The notes under the pieces were generated by a model. The model saw nothing but the letters and a program-made list of their open reading frames with translations. It did no database searches and was not told the origin of the DNA. A DNA stretch of 64,000 nt from Chrysemys picta bellii (Eukaryota), in the NCBI RefSeq assembly GCF_011386835.1, contig NC_088793.1:197346001-197410000 (forward strand). The letters run 5' to 3'. The first letter of the stretch is position 1. Every line of letters starts with the position of its first letter. The position numbers were made by a program, and so were the translations under genes. Shown here piece after piece: positions 34,341 to 47,493 of the stretch.

Positions 34341-36334
34341 AGGTATTCTCTGATATAGTAATCTTTTAATAACTTCATAGTATCAACCAGAGTTCATAAG
34401 CTGTACAGACATGTTACCCAAATTACCACAGGGAGGTAGATTTAAATATTCTATGGTTCCCACAAATTGTGGAGCTGATTATTCTGGGGAATCAATTTCT
34501 GAAGTAAAAACTGAAGATCAGGGCTGATAACATGCCCCTTGTGTGTCTAGATGGATGACCCACGGTCTGGAGAGAGACTTCTGTTTCAGTGAAGTGGGTC
34601 GATGGAATGCAAATTTGTATAAAACCTTAATTTGGGATTACAACATTTGGATTAACCCACTATCACTGATGATGTTACAGTGCACTTTAAGGTAGCCTAG
34701 CACTGCCTTTTGCCCTTCTAGAACACAGAGGGTGCCTCAATGTAAACTAAAACCCAGGAAATAGAGTTAAGGTATTTTTCCTTCCTCTTCCCCTGCCTGC
34801 CCCCCAACCTTAACTCTGACCCTGTGGAAATGGCAACAGGCATTGTGAATAAAGAAATTGTGTCCTCAGCATACTTTCGCTTCATTCCTAATTGGACAGT
34901 TGTACTATCCGTAATATGCTGTGTCCACTTAATGTCTACACAAGTGGAGTACAAGAATACTTCATCTCATCCTAATAATCCCTTCCATATTCTGGGTGCC
35001 CACGCAAATCTCCAAATGTGCACTGGCATTCTCTTACTGCCATGCACTTTCCCTGTCTTCTGCTCCACTGCTCCTCTAGTGAATACTAGCAGTGTGGGGC
35101 ACAGCAGACATTGTTCCACAAAGGTAACTGAAGGTTCTCTCTTAAAAGGTTTTCTTAAGGTGAAGATGAAAGGGTTATTAACTCAAAATCTCTAGGAAGT
35201 GTGTGCGTGTGTGTCGGTTAGGAAGAATGATTAAGTTTAGGTCAGGCTTAGCTAGCTCATGTTTTTGACAATCTGAGTATACATGTGGATTTTAGGACAT
35301 TTTGGGGAAAAATGGTCCTTAAACAGAAGACTCTGGCTAAACCTTAACTATGGAAGTTCTATTACTTCTCATCATGTGGCAGGTAAATGAGCTCATTTCA
35401 CTGCCTGTGATCTGCTGGCAGAACTCTAGCCTGTTAGTCGAGTAAAGCCTACCTGGAAGGGATCACAGTGATGCAAGCTTACTTGCAATTCTCTGAGATG
35501 CCAGAGCAGCAAAGTGCAGCCCAAACAATGTATAAGCTTAGCACAGGGCAAAGTAGGGCAAGGGCACCCAGGAGATGCCCTCCCTCCTCCCCCCAATGTG
35601 TTGACTGAGTGCGTCTGATGAGCTCCACAGTAAAACAAAACTGTCCTCCCTGATAGAAGCCCAGGACAGATGATGGTTATACCATTGCCTTCCTCCTCCT
35701 GTGGTGAATCACGTTCCTTGGGTGCAGCAAACTTTACATGAGCAGGGACATAAGATTGATTCACTCCTGCAAACACAATCTTGGTGGCTGTATGGCTTTA
35801 TCTAGTCACATGTTGGGTTGAAATCTGTGACACTACTTACAGATGAACATTACTTTGCTTTACATGCTGTTGTCTTTGTCAAAGTGGAGCAATATGAAGG
35901 AAAATTAGATCTAATACAGTCACTCAGCTTAGCCCAAGCATAGCTGGGGTTATATATCAGAGTTAAATTTCATTTTAACATACCTATTTTTAATTACTTG
36001 CATCTGTTTCTGTTTTCAGTTACGCAGTAGTTATTTAGCAGCTGCTCAGCAGATTGCTGTGCTAAGCCACGTTAATTCCTGTAGTTTGCTGGTATATTAT
36101 TTTTGTAATCCCCCCGCCACCCCTTTCAACTGCAGTATTCTCTTTTCAAACTGCGTTAAAAGGGAAAGTGTACAAAACCTTCCTCTCTGATACTGTTTCA
36201 GTCCACTCCATGAACTGACTGCCGGGGGTGCTGTATGACTGGTTAGAGCCTGATCTGATCCCCAGAGATAGAAAACATGTCCTTACTACTCCTAATATCT
36301 TGGATTCATAGTTTATTTTAAACTTGGATACTAT

Positions 36335-36606
36335 GGCCTTGTCTACACTACTGAGGTAAGTCGACCTAAGCTATGCTACTTCAGCTATGTGATTAATGTA
36401 GCTGGAGTCAACGTAGCTTAGGTCGACTTACTGTGGTGTCTACACTGCGCTGCGTTGACAGGAGACACTCTCCCATCGACTTACTCGTTCTGGTGGAGTA
36501 CTTGAGTCGACTGGAGAGCACGCTGCAGTCGATTTAGCAGGTCTTCACTCGACCCCCGCAGCATTGATCGCAGCAGCATCAGTCCCTGGTAAGTGTAGAC
36601 CTGGCC
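36335..36606. mobile_element. PIF/Harbinger MITE, same family as 13562 and 41568
   Basis: GGCCTTGTCTACACT...AGTGTAGACCTGGCC; shared GTCGAC-rich interior. Confidence 0.88.
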
Positions 36607-38651
36607 TCTATCTTGAATCATTAACATACATGTTGCCTTAATGGTAATCTCAGTATAGAAACACCATGTTACCTACTCCAACAGAAACATCACACAATAC
36701 TTATGAAGATCTATATTTATAATTGTATATATCAGTTACTGAAGAAAAATATCAGATTGACCATTAACCCAAATTTAATGTTTGTGATTTGACAGTGATA
36801 GAAATTTCTATATTGTTGTATCTGTTAATCATATCTGAAAAAAATTAATGAAATATTCAGATGATGAACCCAGATTGGAATGATTAGAAATACTGCTCTA
36901 AAGAACAGAACAGATTTTAGTAGCAGAGGGGAATGGAAAACCTTGTGATTATATAACTTAATTTTTGTTGTGCACTAACAAAAACTAGGATTTAAGCATT
37001 TGACAGTTGTAAACTTCTCAGTTATGGTATTTGAAAATCTGTTTAATTTATTTAACTAGATGCCTATTTGAAACATCCAGTCCTAGAAATATCAGATTAT
37101 TTAAGCATATATATAAATAGTACTTCTGTCAAGTGAGGAAAAGGTAGATTTGGCTAAATCTTGCTTTTTGAAAATATTCAAATTTTCTTGAACTTTGTAA
37201 CTTTTCTATGAAGTCCTCATTATATAGGACAGCTCTAATGTTGTGAGACTGTGGTCTTAAGACTTGTCCTCTGAAATCTGGAATGCTAGATTAGTTTCCA
37301 AAATAGTTAGTACACACTCAAAGTATGCAACATTCTGTATTCAAGTATGTCTTTTTCATATGTGAACCACAGAATTACACCCAAAAATAAGAAATGTATC
37401 CAAATAACTTGCTCAGTAAATATTCACCATGAAATATAATTCCATAAAGTAACACCCCAAACTTTATTATGTGACTTGTAATTAATATCACAAATTTGGT
37501 CTGAAGAGCTTAACTTCTGATGATGCCTCAGCTTGGACTATACAGATATCACCGCAGTCATGAAGCCTATTAAAGACCAAACTACTGTTTTACATTATAT
37601 ATGCTATTTTGTAAAGCTTTTATTCCAAAAACTCTGAAATAGTTATCAAAAACCTTTGCAAAATCACATAGCTTAGCTGAAAAGCAAAACAAATCTGTAG
37701 AGTCTTAGGCAAACTGTATTAAGATGCATTTATGGTTGAGAACGTATCAGTAGTTTTGGGTAAAGGTATTACAGGGATGTTGCAGTTTTCCCCAAAACAA
37801 CTGTTCAGGAAATTCCGAGGTCAGATTAAATTGAAATAAAATCTAAACATGTTGATGTATGGAAATGCACTTAGGGTACCCAAGAACTTTACCTCTGCCC
37901 TCAGCCATGTAACATGATTATAAGGCACTTTAGTGCTTGTGGTCCTAGAATAGAAAAATATGTCTCTTAGAGATAGATGAGTTTCCTCCCGCCCATTGGT
38001 GTAATTACGAGACAGATTTAGGGTGATTTGTGTGCCCTAAATGTCCATTTCCATAACTTAACATGTTTTAAGTTTTAACTCTGCATTCCTTTGTATATAT
38101 TACACATTTGCTGTAATTTTTTGCCCTAAGTTGTTAAAGTATTTCAAACTTCAACATTTTTTGTTTAGGAATTTCTTTACTGTATGAAACTGTTAATGGA
38201 AGCCAAATACACTTAATAATCATTAATATCAAATCATTAAAATGTAGTATCAACCTTAAGTCATGTCTAGGGTCAGATTCATGGTATTCTTCTTTGAGTG
38301 CTTGCTCATGGCCATTCCACATTAGGTGTGTGTGTTCACCACATGCACCAGTGCCAGAAGTTTTTCCCTCAGCAGTATCTGTAGGGGACGTGCTCTGGCA
38401 CCCTCTGGAGTGGCGCCTGCATGGCGCAGTATAAGGAGTGCCACCAGCTCCCCCCACCCTCAGTTCCTTCTTGCCGCCAGTGACGGTGCTGGAACATCTG
38501 CTGCTTCGACTAGCGTTGTTTCATTTTCTATTCTTGTGAACTTTGAAAACCTGTAATATAGTTGTATATAGTTAGTAGTTTCTTAGTTACCCTTAGTAGT
38601 AGTTCTCAACTTTTTGTTAGTCCCAAATGGGACTCAGCCGGGGCATGGGGC

Positions 38652-39509
38652 ATGCCCCGGTCCCCGGGCTTTAAGCCCTGCAATCGCTGTGAATGGCCTA
38701 TGCCCATCAGCGATCCACATGCCAGCTACCTAAGGTGCTTAAGCGAAGGGCACACAAATGACAGGTGCTGTATCTGTAAGTTCTTTAAACCTAGGACGAA
38801 GAAGGAGCATGATATCCATCTGAAAGCGTTCCTAATGGAGTCGGCACTCACTCCGGCACCGGAGCAGCGGTCCGACTCCGCACCGAGCACTGCGGCCTCC
38901 GTGCGCAGTGCTCCGCTGGCGCCGTCCACGAGCCGGCATCAGTCCCCTTCCGCGGCTCCGGGGAAGAAGCCAAAAAAGACTGGGAGGGGAAGATCTCCTA
39001 CCCTTCGTAAGGGACAGGAGTGGGCTCGGGGTTAGCCATGACCCGTGCTGTGCAGCTCAACCGCCCTTCGGGAAGTTGGGCCCCAGTTCAAGTCGAGTGG
39101 TGCAGCCCATCTCTTGCTCTGCCTGTGACCCCGGATAGCGGTGCAGGCCCTAGCCAGATTCAGGTGCCGTTGATGCCCGAAGCTCTTCAAATGGCTCAAG
39201 AAATCCTGACACTCCCTGTGCTGCCCACACCGGCTCCCGCGGTACCCCGATCTCGGGGAAAACCCGCATTGGGACCTATGCGTGTGTCCCTGCCTCAGCA
39301 GTCCTGATCCCCATCGAGAGGGATGTCCCGCCAATGTTTGCCTGCCCGAAGCTGTCACGCCTCAGGACTGGAGAGGCAGGCTCAGCGGAGCCCACTTTGG
39401 TCCCCGCACTGGGGGCACCGATCGAAGGACTCAAGGTGTACCGTGCCTGTAGATTGGCGCAAACCTTCTGAGGCACGTGCCACCCAGCAAGAACGCAATG
39501 ATGCATGTC
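38652..39509 (+). pseudogene. DIRS gag-like ORF1 N-terminal remnant (Cys/His cluster, then Pro/Ser/Arg-rich)
   Basis: MPRSPGFKPCNRCEWPMPISDPHASYLRCLSEGHTNDRCCICKFFKPRT...; open to 39035, then disrupted. Confidence 0.8.
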
Positions 39510-39626
39510 TGTAGAGCCGCAGCGTGATCCTCTATTCACATGTTTACTACTCATTATGCCATCATTCAGCAGGCCAGAGATGACACTGGGTTCGGCAGAG
39601 CTGTGTTGCAAACTACACATCCGTGA
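39510..39626 (+). pseudogene. DIRS tyrosine recombinase C-terminus including the catalytic Tyr (HY at 39552-39557)
   Basis: CRAAA*SSIHMFTTHYAIIQQARDDTGFGRAVLQTTHP*, matching the DIRS YR motif CRAATWSS.HTF..HY; TGG changed to TGA. Confidence 0.8.
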
Positions 39627-40012
39627 ACTTCTACCCACCTACAGGGGTACTGCTTTGGAGTTGCCTAATGTGGAATGGACTCGAAAAAGAAAAGACAGTT
39701 ACTTTTTCCATAACTGGTGTTCTTTGAGATGTGTTGCTCATGTCCATTCCTCAACCTGCCCTCCTTCCCCACTGTTGGAGTTTCCAGCAATAGGGAACTG
39801 AGGGTGGGAGGAGCCAGCGGTATCCCTTATATTTGTGCCATGCAGGTGCCACTCCAGAGGGCACCCGAGCCGGTCTCCTACAGATACTGTGGAGGGAAAA
39901 ACTTCCGGCACTGGTGCATGTGGCGAGCACACACACCTAATGTTGAATGGACACGAGCAACACATTTTGAAGAACAGTTACAGAAAAGGTAACTGTCTAT
40001 TATCTGGCTTTT

Positions 40013-40556
40013 TGTAATAGATTAGGCCTCTCTTATAGTGTCCTCCTCTTGTTGGACCAAGCTTTATTCTCCCGGGCCAGTTCACTGGGGTAACCTTTTT
40101 CTGTGCTTCTTAGTTTCCTGGGATTCCTTCCTTTAGTTGGGGTGGTTTCTTTAATTGAGCCTTTTTAACCAACACAGTCCCACCCTTGCACGCTTTCTTC
40201 AAAAATCTGCAAACATAGCAATCCCTTCCCCAAATCTGACTCCTGCATCCGTTAATTCCCATAGCAAGGTTTCCTGGCTCTGACATCGGAGCCTCGGACC
40301 TCCAGGGCTCCCCTACAGTTTCCCCTCTTGTTTGTTTGGGTTTCTGGAGCAGTTTTTCACTGGAACTTCAAGGGCAGTCCACTAGGAGCACTGCCCAGGC
40401 TCTTTCACTTCCTGCAGGATCTTGCTGCCCTCTTTTATAAAGGGCAGCTAATTAAGGTCTGCATCTTTCCTCGGGTGCAGGGGGTGGGATAATCCAACAG
40501 CCAGGCCAGCTCCAAGCCCCTGACCCCAGAGGAATGTTATCCCTTACTCCTTCACA
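40013..40556. mobile_element. Probable solo LTR immediately downstream of the DIRS element
   Basis: TGTAATAG...CCTTCACA ends, TATAAA-like box, LTR-like composition; TSD not evident. Confidence 0.45.
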
Positions 40557-41199
40557 CTACTAGGTGTGGCTCTGGAGGAGCACAAAGCAGCTGGAGCATT
40601 AGCCAGTTTACAATTGCTTTGCATTGCCAGAACCCCACAAATCGGATGGCGTGTGTTCCCCAGCTTCCCCCACTCCTTGATATTCTTCCTTCCCCTGTAT
40701 ACAAAACCATCCCAGTTTCACCCTCCCTGTCTGTTAGATCTGATACAACAGGTAGCTCCTGAAAAAATATATTTAAGGATAGGTTTTTTGCTGTTTTTAT
40801 TAGTGAGTGCATCTTTCAACACAGGTTGAAGGAAAAACTGTACGTCAAACTCATGAAGAGTTGCCATTTTGAAAATGGCTATTATAGCCCATTGTTGTCT
40901 GTGGTGATTTGGGGAAGATTTCCTTCTGCTGCTGAGGAACATTGAGGAGGAAGTAAATGGTGGCAGTCTTTGCAAGGGCAGCTTGTGGTCTGAGTCCCAT
41001 TTAAAAACAATAGGTGGTGGCAGCCATTTTGAAAGAAGGCAGTCCTTAGCAGAATTCCTGCTGAAGGAGAAACTTTCAGTAGTGAAGAATCGCCGAGAGA
41101 AAACTATCAATCCTAAAAATCAAGTGTAGCATAAGCGCAAGATTTCAGTGAGTTTCAACTATAAGGGAAGTCTTGTTATATCTCTGCTATCTTAAATAA

Positions 41200-41459
41200 C
41201 TGTTCGCTATTCAGAATCTCTCCCCATGTAGGTACTTATAGACCATGTTCAAGTTGTCTCAGCATCCTGTTAAGGTGAATAGATTGAGCTTAAGTTTTGC
41301 TGTAAGGCAGGTTTCCCAGACTTAATGATTCTGAACCCTGTCCAACTATTCAGCATCCTTTCTGAAGTGTGAGCACAGACTTGCACCCAAATCCAGTAAG
41401 TCCCATGATTTCAGTGTGAGAGACATATCACCTTTCTACATCTACACTCTATTCCCCTG
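41200..41459 (-). mobile_element. Old CR1 fragment, left part (split by an LTR)
   Basis: Antisense CR1 ORF2 C-terminal sequence ending in ...ATTCCCCTG. Confidence 0.7.
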
Positions 41460-42360
41460 TGCAACAGGATGCTTGGAGGGGTTAGTGTAGTTAGCAGTTA
41501 GTGTACCTGACTTCCAGCCCCTTGTCTCTCTGACAGGGCAGTAGAAGTGCGTGGTTTCTGACTCTAAGGGTATGTCTTCACTACCGGCTGGATCGGTGGG
41601 CAACGATCGATCCAGCGGGGATCAATTTATCACGTCTAGTCTAGATGCGATAAATCGATCCCCGAGCGCTCTCCCGTCGACTCCTGTACTCCAGCTCAGC
41701 AAGAGGCACAGGCAACAGTCAACTCACCATGGTGAAGACACCGCGGTAAGTAGATCGAAGTACGTCGACTTCAGCTACGTTATTCACGTAGCTGAAGTTG
41801 CGTAACTTAGATTGATTCCCCCACCCCCATCCCCCAGTGTAGACCAGGGCTAAGCCGTGAGTGATTTGGCCTCCACCTACATCTGGGTCTTTGCTCTTAA
41901 TGGGGGGTATAGCAGGGGGACCGGGGCCCTCCCTCTCCACTGGGTCCCAGCCCTGGGCTCTGTGGGAAGCAACACCAGCAGGGTCCTCCCTGCAGAGAGT
42001 CTACATCCGCAGTTCTAGGCTACTTCCTATCTATTTGGGGCAGTCAATAACTTAACAAAGGAGTCCAAGTGAGCAGGGCCCTGCAGGACCTGCTGGTTCT
42101 CAAAGAGGGTAGCGGTTGGAGAAGGCCTTGCCTGTGGGCCTTACCCACTCTGTAGTCCCCTCTCAGGCTCAGCCTTCCATCTAGCTTCCCAGAGAAGGAG
42201 TCATCTCTCCAGCAGCCTGTCCTCCTGGGCTTCTGAGCTTCTTTTACCCACTTCTCCAGCCAGAGCATGCTTAGCAGACCCAAAAGGGCAGGGCTACCTG
42301 GGCCTAGTATTGCCTTTTGACCCCTTTGGGCCCAGTGTGGGGTTTGTATACCCCATCACA
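41460..42360. mobile_element. Solo LTR (about 615 bp without the nested MITE)
   Basis: TG...CA termini (TGCAACAGG / CCCCATCACA); perfect 5-bp TSD CCCTG (41455-41459, 42361-42365). Confidence 0.85.
41568..41850. mobile_element. PIF/Harbinger MITE nested in the solo LTR
   Basis: GGGTATGTCTTCACT...AGTGTAGACCAGGGC with TAA TSD on both sides. Confidence 0.9.
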
Positions 42361-42600
42361 CCCTGTTGGTACATCCAAGGATCATGTTAACCCTCTGAGT
42401 CATTGCATTGTCCTGGGAGTCTGTGTTCAGTAGGTCATCTGTCAAGTCCTCTTGAGTCACTACTTTCTGGGATACAGTTAACCATCCTGTAAATGTGACC
42501 TGCCTTTTTCCTGGATGTAGGACCTTGAATTTGACTGCACTAAAAAATACATGTTCAAATAACACTAGTTTTCCAAGCAATACAGATCTCTGTTGAACTG
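42361..42600 (-). mobile_element. Old CR1 fragment, right part
   Basis: Resumes at CCCTGTTGGTACATCCAAGGATC...GGACCTTGAATTTGACTGCACT, colinear with the left part. Confidence 0.75.
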
Positions 42601-42794
42601 ATCTATCGTTACTATATTACCAGTTGTTATCTGTGACTTTCTAGCAGTTTTATTTCCTTCAAAAATCATAGATTCAAATATTATTGGGCCAAGAATCAAT
42701 TTTTTTTGACCTCCACTAGAAAAATGACCTTTGGCTTTGGATGAAAAGTGACTCGCAGTTACTCTTGAGATCAGTTTTTAATCCATGGAATGTG

Positions 42795-42800
<6 letters not shown>

Positions 42801-42840
<40 letters not shown>
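42801..42840. repeat. (AT)20 microsatellite
   Basis: Direct reading. Confidence 0.97.
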
Positions 42841-42843
<3 letters not shown>

Positions 42844-44616
42844 TAAATCAGTGATACCAACCAATCTTGTAATCTCATCATGATTATATAAATTTTAACT
42901 GCAATGGGGGCTAAAACTGTGCAAATACTTTTTACCGGTTTTCTGGAGTTGAATGACATATTGGTATCCCAAATTCATGCTTATGTGCTGCTTATTACCT
43001 ATAGGCACGTACAATTTCTCAGGTGATGATGGCCTTTGTCCTATGCGCTGCATTTGGTAATCCAGTGGTGTCCTCTTGAAAGGCCATGTTAAAGGAAAAG
43101 ACTTTTTGAAAATACTATTACGACATATATATTGAATCAAAACTTATGTATAAAATTGTCTTTTAAAAGCAAATCTCTAGGACAGTACGCTTGTTGAAAG
43201 CACAAACCTTTAGATAAGTTAAAAATGAAAGTACACTTTAAAGTCAAAACTAATTAACTCTTATGGTGGTGAAAGGTGCTAGAGACTCGTCTTCTATTGA
43301 CAGCATGTGAATTTTACTTCTTGAACCTTGGAGAGCTTCATATGTTGAGGGCGCGGTTGAAGTGGCGAAGTTGCCATCCCGGGTGCAAAAGTGATGGGAG
43401 ACATTCTACAGTCCGCTTACTGCATATTTGGTCTTGGTACTCTCCCAGTATAAACTAGCTTACAGGACAGTATCAGTAGCAAGTTATGAGTTGGCCTATA
43501 GATTCCATAATCATGTACAGGCATTTGGGCCAGTGGATATACAAGTAGTACAGATAGGCTGTGGCCACTACTTACTCCATAGGCTGGAAAAGCAGCTGTA
43601 GGAGAGGGGAGCCTCAGGGCAGGTAGGATGGGCTGGCGGAATAAGCTTCCACACAAATATTTGGACTTTGAACAGATAAGCCAAGAGTAGTGGAAGTGCA
43701 AGCTTCCCCACCCTGTCCTGTCAATGTGCATGAGTCTTATTCTAGAAGGATCACTTCCAGGGTGAATAGTTCAGTCTCTAAACCTGTTCAGCCCTTTGCC
43801 AGTGCCAACAATGCTACCAGTAGTTCCAACTAGTGTTAATTGTGGTAGAGGTCTTTGTATGCTTGTCCATTCAGGACTGAAACCACCAATTTGTTCATTT
43901 AAACTGCCACACAGCTTCCAGATGACAGTGGCTTAAGGTCACTGGTAACCTAGAACTGAAGGGCTCCAGAGCCTTATCACTGTCCTTGAGCCATTTAGGT
44001 TCCAAGAAATGCACTGGGGCACATCAATAGGACTCCTCACTTCCTTGAAGTTAAACACGTTCTTAAGTGTCTTGCCGGATTGAGGCCCAAGTCAACCTGA
44101 AAGTTTGCCTGTTAAAAATTGAACTTAAATTCACATTTTGTAAATGGATAGTACTTTTTAGGACAATTTCTCAATCCAAACCAAGTTGTAGCTGGAGTAA
44201 TCTTTCCAATGAAGTGTTCTCTTTTCACTCTTTTGCTCAATTTACATGCTAAAGAGCTCTTTGTTTTGAATCATATTCAGGCATATTTAATGAATTCCTG
44301 CTTCACTATGCTCTGAATGATAGGATGGGTTCCTTTCTTGGCTGTTGAAGGTTGTCCTGGTCCTGAATCTATAAGAAACCTTCATAATTTTTAATGGATT
44401 TGTGAAGATTAGCTTTCTCAATTACTTAAGAGAGGAAAGGAGACTGATAGTTTAGGCCCCAAATTTTTCATACCTTAAAATTGTTTTATGCTAAAGAGGA
44501 AAATACACTGGATGTCTTTCAGTCTTCCCTATTAAATTGCCAAAGATGTAACCATAGTTTCCATGAAACTTTGTGGGAATTGCAAAGGTAAGTTGTGTTC
44601 TGCTGGCTAGGCAGTA

Positions 44617-45357
44617 GAGCAGGTTGGAAACTCCTGAGGAAACCTTCCTGGTCCCTGCCAGGTCACCACGGAACCATAGGTCCGTGGCTCAGGTACACCC
44701 CAGCTGTGCAGTGTGCTTTGGGGCAGGAGAGCCCAGGTTTCTAGGGTCCCTACAGTAGAATGGGAAGCCTGGGGCCTTTGGATTGAGCTGGGTCTCAGAG
44801 TCTTCAGGTGCCTTGCTGTGAGCCTGGAGCCAGGGCTCACAGTGGTTCTAGGCTCGCTGTCACTGAATCCAGGAGCTTGGAAATCTCAGCTTGAGCTGTG
44901 ACTCTGAAAATCCTGAGAGCCTTGATTTGAGCTAGGGTGCAGAGCCAGGGTTTCCAGACTCTGGGCCAGTTGACTCCCCAGGTGGTGTGAGTCAGGTAAT
45001 CAGAGAGCCAGATGGTCCAGAAGTTTGAAAGCCCTGGGGTGCCCAGCTCTGGGGAAGTCTGCATAACAAGGATCCCTGGCAGCTGCTGAAATTTGTCAGT
45101 TTCACTGTTGTCCACCATTGAATAGCAGTGGTGAAACTGATATCATGTCAGTTTCACAAAAGAGGTGCCAGGAATTGGGGATCATATTTTGTTTTGGAAA
45201 CACCATGTTTTGGTGCTTTTGAAACAATCTTTTTTCAGAATTCCTGGTTCATGAGAAACTTTCCGACATTTGGTTTCAGCCTGAACCTGGCCAAAACCAA
45301 ATTTTGAAATGTTGAAATATTCCATGAACTGGAAACTTTGAATTTTGGCCGGTTTTA
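44617..45357. mobile_element. Old non-autonomous DNA element (MITE-like)
   Basis: TAGAGCAGG start, decayed GAAATTT/TTTTGAAA subterminal repeats near the right end, GC-rich interior; ends are degenerate. Confidence 0.4.
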
Positions 45358-46334
45358 CTAGGCAGTATCAGTTAACTAATAGATTGCTCCTGGAGCAGTG
45401 CTGGCTTTGTAAATGATAATGGTACAGGAAGAAAGCTATTTTCAGCTATATTTGAAATGTAATTAAACCTTCTTTTATGATGTAGGGATTTCTTGCATTT
45501 AACTTTCACTGGCTTTGGGATATACCTGTATACGTCTCTGCTTATTGAAGGGACTACCCTCTGCAATGTTTCTTCTTTCCTTCTTAGAAGTAGAGAGGGG
45601 AATTAAGACAAGCTAAGGGTAACCTTAAATCAAAACTAATTTGAACTACAAAAGTGTTCCTGTCAATATGCTTTTTGTAAAACAAAGCCCTCAAACTGAG
45701 AATACACCATCATTTTTATTAAGCATCACATTTTTAGTTGTCATTTAGAAAACATTTCCTTTTAAATGTAGTTATTAAATGTGGAAAAACACATGTATGC
45801 ATCCTCAAGATGTATTGATCTTTAGCCTGTGCTGGATTATGATGCATAAAAATATTGCCTGTGTATTATGTGGATTTAAATATGTGGGTGAGCATACAGC
45901 TATGTAATTAACTTCGTTAAGAGGCTATATAAACTTATGGATATCATCAAAACAAGCTCACATGGCATCTATTTACATCTTAGCAGTCCAAAACAATCAT
46001 TCTAACAAGCCACTTATTGCTTTCTCTTTTGTCTAGTGTTGCTACATGACTGCCAAACAGGGAGATATTTAGGGCATCATAACTTCCAGATGTGTTCAGT
46101 GACTTGTCTGTATTAGATATTTTACTCAAGGTTATATTTGAACAGTATCTCCTTTTGATTTAGTAAAAGATGTAAAATCTGTAGTACTGAAACTTCACAC
46201 AATCTATATCTTAACTTCGGATATTGCTGCTAATCATGTGGGGTGGAAGAGACTTCTGAAGTGAAATACCTTACTAGTCTACTATTTGTTTGAATAACCC
46301 TTCATTAGTTAAATGCTTTTAAAATATTTTATAG

Positions 46335-46441
46335 GGTTTAGTTTAGCAGCTTTTAAGAGGAACAAAAGGAAGCTGGAGTTGGCAGAAAAGGTGGAAACAG
46401 ATCTTATTCAGCTAAAGAAAAGAAGACAATCAAGTGAAAAG
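46335..46441 (+). CDS. TASP1: Taspase 1 exon 8: RFSLAAFKRNKRKLELAEKVETDLIQLKKRRQSSEK (bipartite NLS/NoLS)
   Basis: 107 nt, tttatAG|...AAG|gtcagt; basic clusters KRNKRK...KKRR known from taspase 1. Confidence 0.97.
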
Positions 46442-47391
46442 GTCAGTAGATGTTTTGTCACCCTTACCACAAAGATAATTTATAACGCGAAAATTTCATA
46501 TCTAAATTTTTCATTTTGTAGATGGTCACCTGATATAGCATCACAAACCACTCATCTTTGGCCATCTTATGCATGTTAGTATCAGTATAATATCAGATCA
46601 TCTAAATTATCTTCTGTGGTGATAGACCTTCCTGCTATTTACAGTTTCAAAAGAGCTGTGAAAAAGATGCCTTTTGTCTTGTTTGTGATGTCAATATATC
46701 TATACTATTACGTTTTAAAGTGGAAATATGACAAGTGTAAATATGAGCAGATAAATATCTAATAAAACATTTTCTCTAGCTTGGGATCTATCACTGTTTC
46801 CCATTTTTTAATGTTTCCTGAGAACACTGCTTTGTGGACCTGGAAGCGGTGAAATTTGAAATATCAGGTAGGTAAATGTGCATCAGTTCATGCATCTAGC
46901 ATTGACCCTGGCCCACGTTACTTATGCTCCTTTACTACAAAACTGCCACAATTCTCTCCTTCTTTTCTTCCCCTCCTTGCTAGTGTGAGTTTTGAGCCTT
47001 TGTTCTCACTTCAGCATATATAGGTTTACAGTATAAGTATTAATATATAGTTGGCTAAAGAAGGATACTTAGTAAGTACAATACTAAATAAAAGAAAAAT
47101 TAGTGGTGGACTGTATAATTCACACCTGTAGGGTTGGTCTATTGAAGACTTTACAAGTGGTGCAGCAAGGCAACCGCTATAACCGATGCCAAACATATCC
47201 CTTCGGTGAAATATGACAACTGTGAAAGTGAAGGCTAGTCTGTTATTTTTTTAAACATTAACCTGCATTTTGTTTGAGATCGATGCCTTTCTTGGACAGC
47301 CAAATCTCCAGACTCTGGTGGCCTGATTCTCCACTGCCTTGTAGTCACTTACCCTCATTTAAAGTGCACGTAAATGCTATGGAACTAGAAT

Positions 47392-47493
47392 GACAAGGTG
47401 GGTGAGGTAATATCTTTTATTGGGCCAACATTACCTCACCCATCTTGTCTCTTTAATACCCTGGGACCAATACGGCTACAATAATACTGCATA
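47392..47493. mobile_element. Penelope pLTR fragment of a second family, with inverted junction
   Basis: GACAAGGTGGGTGAGGTAATATCTTTTATTGG followed by its reverse complement ATTACCTCACCCATCTTGTCTCT...GGGACCAA.ACGGCTACAA. Confidence 0.75.

Larger units (their letters stand above)
38287..39998 (+). mobile_element. Internally deleted DIRS1-type tyrosine-recombinase retrotransposon (about 1.7 kb)
   Basis: Left ITR about 38287-38470, right ITR about 39793-39975 plus 3' extension to 39998; ICR at 39665-39749; gag and YR remnants; ATT at both junctions; no conventional TSD. Confidence 0.9.

Noticed and set aside
35615-35650. CTGATGAG as a hammerhead core (also CTGATGA near 58472)
   Set aside because: No helix II followed by GAAA in the correct geometry.
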